Positions 48,986 through 61,631 of a DNA stretch of 64,000 nucleotides are shown here, in pieces. The notes under the pieces are model-generated. The model was not told where the DNA came from. It did no database searches and saw only the letters and a list, made by a program, of their open reading frames with translations. Location: assembly GCF_037042905.1 (NCBI RefSeq), contig NC_087252.1, positions 2,792,001 through 2,856,000 of the forward strand, written 5' to 3'. Position numbers and translations under genes: made by a program. This DNA comes from Lytechinus pictus. Its lineage: Eukaryota. Numbering within the stretch: position 1 is the first letter of the stretch; each line of letters begins with the position of its first letter.

Positions 48986-51357
48986 TGTACATGTAGGCCT
49001 ATTTCATTCATTTCACGGTAGTCTTCAAAATCATTTTTTATCGTTAATAATTATGTAACGGATAGACTGTTAAATGTAGATCTATTAAAGTAAACAGTGA
49101 TTAAGTAACTACTTATATACTTTCTTGAACTAACCTGTTTTACATGGACTACGATCGGTAACCCCAAATTCGACGAACAACTCCAGATTTTAATGAATGA
49201 TGAATTGAACCCAATCTGAATTTTCGAAATAATATTATTGGTAACCAATTTTCTACAGTTTCGGTTCTAACATTCCACTAAAAACACACTAATTATGGGG
49301 AAAATGTTTAGTTGCTGACAAGTTACAGAATGATTGTGTTGAATATTAAAACACGATACACAAAGAACTAAAGAGCTATGAGTGCTTCATTATTCCTTCC
49401 TTTACTTCCTCTAAAGTCAATTGCATGCAATTTGGAAAGAAGATTACCATGTAATGATAATTTTTTGCGCAAGGCAAATGTACTTTACTAATATTACTCT
49501 CATAACTTTGTGATGTCAGTAGCTGATTAAGTTCATTTGAATACACAAAACCATATAATGATCACAGCCGTATATATAATGATAATAGTTAAGAAGATAC
49601 CGTAGTGGAAATTGGGTACAAAACACCTCTCGTAAAGTTGTCTGTACATTTCAGGTTGTATGCAGTAGTTGATTAATTCCATTTACATATCAAGCTCTGA
49701 TTTAGAAGACTGATTGAGTGTTTTTTTTTCCAACGTGATATCAACGACAGCTTTAACAAATTATTTTCCTGCATTTATGTTACTCTAAATAATTCTCTAT
49801 ATTGGTATATATACGTATTACTTGTCTTGTAATCCATGTACTGACCTGCCATTTGTTTGGAATGGAAATGATGGACCTGGTCTCTTTATGTATATATGGT
49901 ATATCAGTGTCTTTGAACTTGAATAAAGTCATGATGAAACAACATCAAACTGTTCATTATTCAAAAGGAAATAGAATGGCGAATCTATCAAATATCACAC
50001 AATGCGGAAAGCGAAGGTTTTAAAAGTCGAGATAACTTATATACGTAGTTTCTTGGCTGTATCACAAAATGATGTCGAAATGACAAGAGAGGAATAAAAT
50101 TCATAAAACCAACTACTTAAAAAATAAATGACCTAAATTAATATAGGCCTATCTATAAATGAATTCAATACGCAACTTCTAATAGTATTCTCATTCGTGC
50201 CCTGTGGCACATAAAGGCCCCACGCTTTCTTTCCAGTTTCGTCGGTCTCTAGCACAACCCCTGGCCTCAACTCTTCCATCCATTAGTGTTTCTCTCCTTA
50301 TCTACAACTTGCACCCCCCCCCCCCGAAAAAAAAAGCCTCCCTGCATTGGCAGAACACACGTCACCTCCACAGTAATTGTATATCCATTCTGTAATAGCT
50401 CTATGGTATATCCATGAATATATCGTAGGCCACCATATAGGCCTACTCTGCAACTCCTCCCTACCAAAAAAAAAATCGCTATAGTCTGCTGTGCAAACCC
50501 TTCACTCGAGTTAAGGGTCTGAATTGCAGCCTACTCATGCCTTGTGTACTTTTGTATGTGCTAGTCTTTGCGTGGAGACACACCTGTTGATCAAAGTTTC
50601 AATCAGGGTCTGTGCCTGCAGACTAGTATTGTTAGGAGTAAATACAACATTAAATTCTTTAGTGAACTGTACTTCCACCATGGATAGCAAACGTAAATAC
50701 AGTGCCTTATTATTGATGAAGCACGTGAACGCAGTAAATTCAATAAATCGAATTCCGTTAACCCAACCCGCAGAAGCCACAATGCCCGTACAATTGTGAT
50801 TTGAGATTTGGAAACTTACGACTTGATTGTGGCAAAATCCGCCTTTCATTTGAGTCACGGACTATTTTCGTCATGAGTTAAACTCCAATACAAGAGCCCC
50901 CCCCCCCCCCCTCCTCACCATTCCTGTAAATAAATCCGTAAGCCATGGAAAAGACCTTGACCAACATAAAACCATGTAATCCCGTACCAATCTCCCTTCC
51001 TCCTTTCTCTCTGACCCCACCCCCCCTTTCTTCTCCCTCTAGTCTCCCACCCCCTTCCCCTCCCTTCCTAGTCCCTCCGCTCCCCCTCCCCTCTCCAGTT
51101 CCTTTACAGGAAATGCTACAACTTTTCAGGTCGATCAGGCAATTTGACTGACGTATTACAAGGTATCACTGAACATGCTTGGTTGAGTCACTCATTTGAT
51201 TAAGTTGTGTGACAATCACATGAAGAAACCTGCTTTAGGCAGAAAATCTGTTACACGCCAGTATTAAACCAGACCTAACATTGCATCACACCAAAACTGA
51301 ATCATGATTTGTCAATTTTACAGTTGAACAATGCAGTACAAGACCCCCCCCCCCCCC

Positions 51358-53485
51358 CAGGGACCTGAGAAGCGGGGGTGCTGGGGGTGCTGAAGCACCC
51401 CCAGAAATTATCCTGGGGGTGCTGCGTGTATTATTTTCCATAGGCAGCACCCCCACGAAATTAGGTTCCCCCTGTATTTTTTTAGAATGTTATAATGTAC
51501 ATAATTATCACATCAGACAATAGCAAATCATTTATATAGTCTTTCACATATTCCAATAACATCCCTCCTATATAACGCGACTCAATCAAGCTCCAGCGGG
51601 GCAGCCACTCCGATACAGACGTAGTCGCGCGCAATACGTGATACACACTGGGGTGGTTGAAACTTCCAGGTTTTATGTCGAATCAAGTGAGCGCGCGCCC
51701 GACCGCCCGTGTATTGTATACAAAAATTACAAGTAATAGAAATCAAATTTCACAGTCTTTTTCGCCCTGCCCCATGGCCCTACGGGCTGGAAAGCGGGGG
51801 TGTTCGGGGTGAAGCAACCCCAAAATTTGGGGGTGCTGCGTGTGTTATTTTCCATATATATAGGCAGCGCACCTCCTGGAAATCTAGTGGTAGGTATGAT
51901 AAATGACAGAAATGTAATGAAAATGAACGACGTTTTGTAGAACCCCCCCCCCCCCACTTCAGAATTTTCTGACACATTACTTGAAATAGTGTTTTAATTC
52001 ACCCTCTTTCAGATCGGGATATCAAATGTTTTCTGCTCGCGCTTCGCGCTCGCATTATTGATTTTTATCATAAAAAATGTATTTAGAATGCCCAGATACT
52101 ATATAGGTCTAACTCTAAACACGCGCACGCATGTTTTATTCAGATACGCAGCTTCACCAGCTTGATTGGGGGGGGGGGGGGGGGTACTCCGGGCTGAAAA
52201 TATTTATATCAAATACATTTTATCAAAATAAATAAATTTTATCAAAATCTGATAACGATTAGTTAAGTTATTTAATTCTAAAGTTTAGCAATATTTTATG
52301 AAAAGTGGTGATATGCATGTCGTCATGAATATTTAATAGATGGGCTGATGCTGTCACATCCCCACTATCCTAGCTGTTCCTTGTGGAATCAAAATTGTTT
52401 CATTTTTTTCATACCAGAATGAATGATATGTCTCCCTTATAATGAAATAAGTTGCAGCAAAGAATATCTAATGGACTAAATCAGTTGTCAATTCAACTGT
52501 TTTGGTTCTTGAAAGGAAAATATTGAATAAACCTAATTTTATATAATAAAATACAAAAGAACAAGTGGGGAATAATGCTAATCTTTAAAATGCAATAACT
52601 GTGATTCCTTGTCTGATTTTGATCAAATCTTTATTCTTATGTTCGTCTGAGTTTTCTTTATCTGTTCAAACCATTTTACATTCAGTGTGGAGTTTCAGAT
52701 CAGAATTTCAAAAATTTTCTGCTCGCGCTTCGCGCTCACATTATTAATTTAAGAATATATCCAATTACCCATCATTTTCTTGATTTACAAAACATGAATG
52801 GAATGTCCCGTTTTCAGGTCTGAAATCTCAATTTTGTTTCCGCTCGCGCTTTGCGCTCGCATCAATTGTATAGTTATATACCTATCCTGTTCATGATTAG
52901 AAAAGTGCATAAGATGTCTCGTTTTTAGGTTTGAAATGTCATTTTTATTTCCGCTCGCGCTTCGCGCTTGCATCAATTGTATAGTTTTATACCTTTACTC
53001 ATCATGATTAGAAAAGTACTTAGAATCTCTCGTTTTTTTGGTCTGAAATCTCAATTTTGTTTCCGCTCGCGCTTCGCGCTCGCATCAATTGTAAATATAC
53101 CTATCCTGCTCATAATTAAAAAACGTGCTTAGAATGTCCAGTATTTAGGTCGGAATGTCAAATTTTTCAGCTCGCACTTCCCGCTCGCATTATTTGATTG
53201 TTGATATATGTATCGTCTTCATGGGTTACTGCAAAACAGTCCTTATAACACGTCCCTTTCGATCAGGCCAGAGCGTATATAAAAAAATATCTGCTCGCGC
53301 TCACAATTATTATTTGTTACATACGCATCTTGGACCACAAACATTGCTCAAAATGTTCAATTTTCAGGACAAAATACATGAAATTTCCACAAAAAATAGC
53401 TCGCGCTTCGCGCTCGAATTATCTAATTATATATTTATGTTCTTTTATAAGAAGAAAGCCAAGAAGTGACTGTCATATATATGTA

Positions 53486-53537
<52 letters not shown>

Positions 53538-53649
53538 GTATTTGTGTGTGTGTAATTATGTTAAACTCAATTGTGTCTGTCACCCCCCCCCCCCACCTCT
53601 GAGGAGAGATTTCAGCACCCCCACTGAAAAAATCGTTCCCAGGTCCCTG
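51358..53649. mobile_element. 2.3-kb hAT-like non-autonomous element inserted in a poly-C tract, with nested repeats
   Basis: CAGGGACCTGAGAA...TTCCCAGGTCCCTG with C-runs on both sides. Contains the GCTCGCGCTTCGCGCTCGC array and a ~500-bp copy of the 40481 family. Confidence 0.82.
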
Positions 53650-55580
53650 CCCCCCCCCCCCCCGCACCCACAAGTCGTAGGAGTCCAGTGTGAGACATGA
53701 TTCGCTGCACCTAACCAAAATGTACAGTTTTTGGTAACGTAGGCCTACAATGTTTTTTCTCAATACCATCATAATATTTTAGCCAGTTACAGCACTGATA
53801 AGGACACTATCTTTATAATTATTATTGCCCCATGAACGAAAAAAGTCACCTCCAATAACATAGGTCTCGCTTACTAAATTATATCCGAAAGTTGAAAGAT
53901 TATAATGGTTGTATCGGACAAAGACCTATCTAAATAACGTTGACCTTTTACGGGAAGGTGTATTTGGGTGATAAGCCTATGACACTCGATGAGAAAAGTC
54001 CATTGTGACGTATACAAAACACTGACAACCCCAGAAAGTCAAGTTCATGCTTGAGTGCACCAACTACGTGACTGGTAACGCACTGCTGTGATTGATTCTT
54101 ATCGCTAATACGATTATTGCAATACAATGCTGGCGGGGATAACCGTATCAAAGAGTGAAGTTGCAGGCTTTTGCGCTTATGCTTGGATATTTATCATCAA
54201 CTTTGCATGAACAGATAAATAAAGAATTGTAAACAACCTTCCCAAATGCGAGCTCTTATGGCACGGCGCTCACTTTTTGAGACAATTCATTCCAATCTGA
54301 AAGAGAGAATTATATCAAAGCTGCATTCCGACGATGTTCGGGGTTGACATTTTTTTTCCTCCAAATATAAAGCTGAAAAAAGAGAAAATGTATTAAATAA
54401 TAACATATACCAATGTAGATGAGTTGGCTTGCCGAATCTATACTCCATCGAATAAAAATCAGAGATCGAAAGTGTGTATGATAATTCGCTGGTTGTCAAA
54501 AAATTCAGGATTTCCAGGTCAATTGTCGCGCGAATTGATCAAATCCTTAGGGTGAGGTAATGACCCACACGTCCCAAACTATATACCAACTCCCTTCCCT
54601 AACCTTCGGCCCCGCAGACGGCAGAGTCGTTACCTGTCAGCGCATTACAAATGTATTATTCCATTTCCATGTTATTATTTATTTCTAGGGGGTGGGGTAG
54701 ACGGAAGACTATATAGCAGTTGAAGAGTGAGTTCAACCAGGGACTGGTTCAACTGTAAATGTGTGGGTCAAAGCAGAAACTAGTACCACGGTCAAAGACA
54801 GAAGAGGAACGCAACCACACATGGGTTCCCGCCCCTGAAACACAGATTACACTGTACTCCGTTAGGCCTATATTGCTGTTCAAAAGGAGAAAGAAACTGG
54901 AAAACAGCCTACACTCCTACATTTTCTGCATACGCTTAGAAAAGGGGTTTCTTAGAGGGTTCTATACTTGTCCCGCATTTAATTCAGGTTCCCTATGACA
55001 TATGCTAACAGTTGCTAAATTACCTTAAACAGGCACGAACAATTTGATGTTTTTTTTAAATAAAAACCTCTTTAAGGTCCCTGAGCACGGAGGGTTCCAA
55101 ATACGGAACAAAAGGAAACCAATTCGCACCAATTTTCTCCATAAAGAGTGCATATTTACTGTCATAGATAATGGACAAATAGTTTGTGGGGTGATACATT
55201 GTAGGCCTAGTTGCATCGTTGACTGTCTTGTGCGGCATAGGTTTTCACAATTTTGTCATTTGGCTTTGTGTAGGCCTACTCGTTTTCTTCACGGAAATAC
55301 GTCTGTAGATATTTTCCGATAACAAATCAAAATTTCGAGCTGAGCGGTTTTAATTAGGCAGTTTGACTGCCATGTCCGATTTTTCATGCATTGTCAAAGT
55401 GCTTTCCGATGAAAGATGATGACCTCCCGACTCCCAAGGCAAACGTACAATTTGATTACTAAATGGAACATAGTAGCCCAATTAGTATTAGGCGGGAGGG
55501 TAGATGTATTCTGCCGTGGGGTGGACTGATCAATAGCTCTATGGACTGATGATGTGGAAAATGCATGAAATAGAGCTGAC

Positions 55581-55924
55581 CACTAGCGCCCTAGTCTGCC
55601 CCCCCCCCCTGACGAGTCACAACTCATGATGCAGGGGACGTATCCCTGCCCCCCCCCCTCCCTGACGAGTCACAATTCATGCAGGGGACGTGGTTGAAGA
55701 CCTTCTCTTTTTTTCCCTGTAATGGGTGGGTTCTGGTAAGAAACCCTTGTTTTTTGGTTGAAGACCTTTTTTTTTTTTTTTTTTGGCTTGTCAGTTTTTT
55801 TTCTGGTACGAAATCCTTGATTTTTGGTTGAAGAACTTTTTTTTTTTTTTTTGTAACATTTTTTCGCGGACGAAATATCCTACAAACCCCCCCCCCCCTT
55901 TGGAAAATGCTAGGTACGCCAGTG
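55581..55924. mobile_element. 344-bp hAT-like MITE, perfect 8-bp TSD
   Basis: GAGCTGAC|CACTAGCG...CGCCAGTG|GAGCTGAC. Confidence 0.9.
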
Positions 55925-56442
55925 GAGCTGACCCATGACTGAACTGACTAAAATATTGACTACTGCATTAACAATCAATTATTCTATTGTTCACGAGGTG
56001 GGGATGGTCACTGTGCTTCAATCGGCATGGGCAGGACACAAGATTACACAGGAAATGTGCATCCTAATGGTCTGCGCGAAATGACTTTAAAAAGTCGGTA
56101 AATGGCATATACAAGTTGGTGTACTTTACACAGCTGCTGTGAAAACATCTCTCTTTCTGACATAGGAACATTGAGATGCAAATCTATAGGGCTTTATCTG
56201 ATGGAAATATTACCAATAACTATTTCAACAAAAAAATGAATTAAAAATACATACAATGTCTGGTAAAAGTTGAAATCTGCAATTAATCTGAGTCAGTTGT
56301 AAAAGCAACTAGTCTGAATCAGTTAAAATCGGGGCTTGAAAAATGTTGGCACAACCAGACTTCTGAAGTACAGACGTGACCTTACCAAAGATAAGAAAAT
56401 CAACGTGGGGGTACATTAGCATATTGCTTTTGACGTCTCAAC

Positions 56443-56942
56443 CGGGGGGGGGGGGGGGCAGTCAAATATATTGCTGTACATATGCATGACCAAAAAACGC
56501 GTTTAAAGGGTTTTTTCAGTTTTGGACGCGACTGGTCAAAGGTCAATCGCGGGGTCAAACGTATTTAGGGTATGCTTTTTTTTCAAAGTTTTTTTTTTAA
56601 AGACTATGTTTTATCCCAAAGCTGTTCCCCCGTGACTTTTTTAAAAGTGTTACCTGATGAATTTCGGATGACACTTATTTACAGTGTAACATTGTATTCC
56701 TTTGTGGTATTTTAACCCAAACTGCACTGGGGGCATGCAATACCCATGAATATGGTTTTGTCTAAAAGCTTATTGTTAGCAAGTAGGCAAAACTTGTTTA
56801 GGGGTCATATTCTGGCGACTTGTTAGGGTCAAAATGTGTAAATGAAGCCCGCGAAAAACTTGTTTAGGGGTGTTTCGAAATAATTTGGTCATGCATGTGT
56901 ACAGCAATACATTTGACTGCCCCCCCCCCCCCCCACCCCCTG
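56443..56942. mobile_element. MITE with C(G)n termini and 8-bp TSD (superfamily unassigned)
   Basis: TIR (G)nCAGTCAAAT.TATTGCTGTACA.ATGCATGACCAAA. GTCTCAAC at 56435-56442 and 56943-56950. Confidence 0.9.
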
Positions 56943-58073
56943 GTCTCAACATCAAGCTTGGACCATTCACACTATCTTCTGTACTTAAACCACATTTTAA
57001 CACCTCATTCAATTTTCTTTACACGGCAGACTGGCAGTGCAAATGACATTGAAGCCATTTTAAGTCCCCTTTTGACCTTTCAAAGCAAAGTAAATCCGAC
57101 CATATGGCTGGTTCATTGTCCATCCAGGCCCAGCCATCTCTCCTGATGCAGCGGACAAAAGAACATGGGACCGTTAGTAATAGTAGCTCCATGCTGGAAC
57201 ATAATCCCCTCACCACCCACCTAACCCCATCGAAACACTCGGGCACACACTACACCAGCGGTCTGGGCGTCCGACCTACTTGGGACCCCGATGTGAGTTG
57301 TACGCGAAATTCAATACGAACACGCAAATAATTTGGGGTTTCACCCAAGGTATTTCGTTCACAACACAACATTAACAAATTAATTAGGCCTATAAGCATG
57401 CGTGTGACGTAGTAAAAAGAATATTACAGAGAATCATGATGTAATACTTACTAGATACCTCGAAAGACTCGTGATAATTTGTAATATATCCGCAAGAAAT
57501 GAATCACATAAGACGATGTCCCAGAATCAAAAAGACCACTTATCGTACATGATAATGTAACAAAATCGTCTGCTGCCAAACGGTAGGCCTATATTGTTAG
57601 ATTATCTTTTCGAAGAATTGTTGTTATACAATAATGGAATCCAAAAGCTTTGACTGGACTTCGTTTAAAACAATAACATATGATTTGAGCTGCAGGTTTA
57701 TCCAGTTCCCTAATTAATCAATCCACTTCCGATTGGAACGTGCATACATGTAAATATTCACAGATTGTGCCACTCGTTCGGAAACCATTAGCAAGTGCAA
57801 CTGTTCGAATAGTTTGCACTCGTAAAACGTGGAGGTGGTAGATTATTGATAGTCTGCGATATCAGACGCTAATCAAACTCGAAATATGTAATAAGTTTAC
57901 ACAGGATTGGTTATTTTTTTTATGTGGATCTCTTGAGGAAGCAATCTATGAATCATTAATTTCAACTCTCTTTATTCAGCCATTTCAATGTTTCATGCGA
58001 ATTGTGATCTGCGTTCCGGGATGGAGAAATCTTTTTTTCCCCCTTTTTTTTAGATTATGGACCATCAGATTAA

Positions 58074-58489
58074 AGGCGACCGCACACCTTACGACTGGTC
58101 TGCGACCCGATTTTGGAACAAATCGCATTTTGCTAATTTTCTGAAGATGTGAATGGAACATATCATTTTATTTGAGGTTAAAATTAATTGAAATAATAAT
58201 ATCATAACCATTTTGAAAGATTGCAAGCCCTTATTTTGGAGTAAAGACCAAATTAGTTTCAAATCGTAGCCAATCGTACGACTGCTATGACGTCATTACG
58301 ACTAGATATTAAATTCGCTTTTATTCTAAGAAGGATGATAGCATAGTCACAAATTTGATCATAGGTATTCGTACGATGATTTAGAACATTACACAGTAAG
58401 ATATTCCAAGTCTCAATATTAGCATAAAATTTTACTACATATTATTCTGAAATCGGGTCGCAGACCAGTCGGAAGGTGTGCGGTCGCCA
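58074..58489. mobile_element. 416-bp PIF/Harbinger-like MITE, TAA TSD
   Basis: ~40-bp TIR GGCGACCGCACACCTT.CGACTGGTCTGCGACCCGATTT. TAA at 58071-58073 and 58490-58492. Confidence 0.9.
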
Positions 58490-58790
58490 TAATATGCCAT
58501 TATTGGGATGGAATCCAACCATCGACTGCACCTTCGGAAGGTGGCTGGTGCCTTTAGGCATTAGCGTACGACGTCAAGCTATTTCACACAACATGAGCCT
58601 CCGAGGATCGAGGAAGATATTTACCTGAGTTAGTGTCAATATTAAAATGAGAATGTTAAAAATTGTATAAAAGCGTCACATTAATTTAAATAGAACTGAA
58701 AAGAGCATAACCAAAATGCCTTTTTCTCTCTCCTCTTCGCCTTCGCCTTTAAAAAAAAACGACGACGTATGCCCACTGATCTGAAAGTGT

Positions 58791-59109
58791 GGAAGCGCCG
58801 TGGTGTAGCGGTTCTGACTCTCGCCTTGTAATCAGAGGGTCGTGTGTTCGAATCCCACCATGGCCTAGCGTCCTTTGGCAAGGCGTCAATCCACAATTTG
58901 CCACTCTCCACCCAGGTGTTAAATGGGTACCCGGTAGTATGCCTAGCAATTGAGTCTTGGAACTCTTGGAGAAGGTGCATACATTGTATGCGGGCATGCA
59001 AGGATCCGATGACCGGGGTAATAATATATATGTAAAGCGCTTAGAGACGTCGTTCCGATGTGTTAAGCGCTGCGCTATATAAATGCGGAATATTATCATT
59101 ATTATCATT
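58791..59109 (+). mobile_element. Full-length tRNA-derived SINE (resembles sea-urchin SURF1-type SINEs)
   Basis: Pol III A box TGGTGTAGCGG (58801-58811), B box GTTCGAATCCC (58846-58856), conserved core, (ATT/ATC)n tail. Confidence 0.9.
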
Positions 59110-61517
59110 CCTATATATGCCTGATCGATGAGACTGGGACATTCAGGCTATGTGAACCGCAGAGGGCGTTTTGGTAGACAAACTGCGGGCTCTCCTCAAA
59201 GATCAAAGAAATCAGAAGAAATATAAATTATTGCCTCGCGGGCTTTCGATAAAGCGGTTCAATCAAATTCATGAAGATTATGATCAAGAAATTGTGGAAA
59301 AAAAATCGTCTGGATTGTTAGCTCATAAAGGGGTAAAACTTTTCTGCTTGCCATTGGCTAAGGTTAATTCAAATTAAAGTCAAATATCTTTCTTTTTAAA
59401 TGATTTGAATTAATTTATATTTTGATGTGAATATCTATTTTTTTATTTAATATGAGAAGCGGTGAGATCAAATAATGTTCATACAATATGAGGGACTGAG
59501 CTACTTAGGGGACATGAGACCTCAAAATGAATCCGACAGGATGTTTAGTAATACTTGATAACCATTATGTCCAAGTTTAATGAACTAAATATTTCAGAAA
59601 TATTCAATTCAATGCATCATTTCGGTTTTGTTGTCCTTCTGATGAAAATGTCTTTCTAATAAAGCGATTTCTAACAGGTTTTTCTCAATCATGTCAGTTC
59701 GCAGAGAGTAAAGAGCGCCATCATTACGATCATGAATGTTCGATTATCGAAGACTTTTACTCCGAATTGGCATCCTCGCCCCATAAAAGGGAAACCGAGG
59801 GAACGTTTCATGAATGTCCTGTTTTGGACACATTTACCATAGTAACAGTGCTTCTCAACCAATCAAAATCAAGAGAAGTTGTCCGATCCGACAATTTGTA
59901 AGACAAACAATATTTATGAAACGCTCCGGATTCCTCGTTCTTCTTTCTTCATATGAAAATTATATATGATATGTTGTATATCACCATAAAATGTAGTTGT
60001 TCTTATTATCACTATCTAATGTGGGACGAAAACTTCACGCATTAATGAGCAAGACGAGTCTGAAATAACGATCAAGATTGGTTAACGATACGACGACCTT
60101 ACTTTTGCGACGACCGTTGACTTCTACCACTTTTTTCGCAGAAAGCTCTTCTCCAACTTACTGTACTTATTAGTTATTAATTAATTAGTTACTATACATG
60201 TTCACCTTTTTCAAATTTACATTGTAATCCAATCATTCTGTGTTTGTCATGTATGTAGTATTATGAATTATATAAATATAGTCATTCTTTGTTTAATCTG
60301 AATGTAATATTATGGATTGTAAATGAAAACCAAAATGGAAATAATAAATTCAAATCAAATTCAAATTCAAACCGTAGGCTTATTAGCATTTCGTTTTGTT
60401 TTTCTTTGTTACTTTTTTTCAGCCATCTCTAAATGAGAGAGGATTCAGATTCATACGAAGTTTCTGCTCAAATCCTTTTTGTTTTACATGCCTCAGTATT
60501 ATTGTTTGTAATCTGCCATGCGTGAATGATTAGCTAAGGTTTTGATCTACCCTGACCATATAAGTGTCAAATTTATAAAATTAAATAGATTATTGTGAAA
60601 TCAGTCTCTAAAAACTTCCTTTTGTGGGAGACGCCCTGTTTATACAGAAAATGATTGTCTTGGAGCGTGGAATGCATATCTAACAACTTATTTTATATAC
60701 TGAACATATATAGGTGTATAGATTTGACTCTCAGTCATGTAAGTATTTATGTTCCAAATCAAACGGAACTCGCATCATGTAGATGACCTTCGTGAGGTGT
60801 ATGGAGTATTTGAAATATCGAACACTTCACATTTTATGTTGTTCGAAATACATGGTCCAACGTGAAAACAAAATGAGAAGCAAATTGTTATTATTTTTTA
60901 ATAGTAATGCTATACATGTTAATAAAATAACTAATCGTTTTTGTTATGTTGCCATTTTTATTATCATCAATAGTGAATATTGATAATTAATGACTTCAGC
61001 TTATTGTTACAAAAATGATTTGTCGTTGCACGTATTTTTATTAGATGATGGTGCCTATGCATATTATATTCAATCATTATCCATTATTATTGAGTGCAAA
61101 TGAATATAGTTCTACTAAAAATCGTTAGATTTAAAACTCCATCTAGTCAATCAATCGTCTTGATTAATGAGAAACCATTATCCACGCATGTTTTCAGGAT
61201 TTCTTTTCTTATTTATATACGCATTATAGTAAAGAATTAAGGAAATGTCCAGGGCGGGATTATCATGCATGCGTAAGCTATACATGTATTACGGTATTTA
61301 AAGTGTACAGCCTGCATTTCTTTTTCTGGTAAACCACGATTCCCACTTGGTGCGCTCCCGCTAGTGCCCTTTGGTTCTTCGGAGAGGACCATAAGCCGTT
61401 TGTCCTTTGGTTGCTTGCAAGCATTCAGGCTTTCTTATAGCAATCATGTAAAAATCACTACGACTATCATTTACCAAACTTCAATTGTTAATGATAAAAA
61501 CATACCTGTTTAACAGT

Positions 61518-61631
61518 CAGTAGCGGACCGTGACCCGGAGGAGACAAAGCAGTGGAGGGGCACTGTATTGTTTGTGAACAATGTTGTGCCCCTCAAATGC
61601 TTTGTCTCCTCCGGGTCACGGTCCGCCACTG
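61518..61631. mobile_element. 114-bp hairpin MITE with CAGT..ACTG ends
   Basis: Arms CAGT.GCGGACCGTGACCCGGAGGAGACAAAGCA..GAGGGGCAC. Flanks TGTTTAACAGT and TGTTTAAGAGT. Confidence 0.9.

Noticed and set aside
57164..57193. Additional CATG..CATG P-like stub
   Set aside because: No flanking 7-bp direct repeat.
58791..58865. tRNA gene
   Set aside because: A and B boxes are present, but the acceptor stem is not intact and a SINE body and tail follow.
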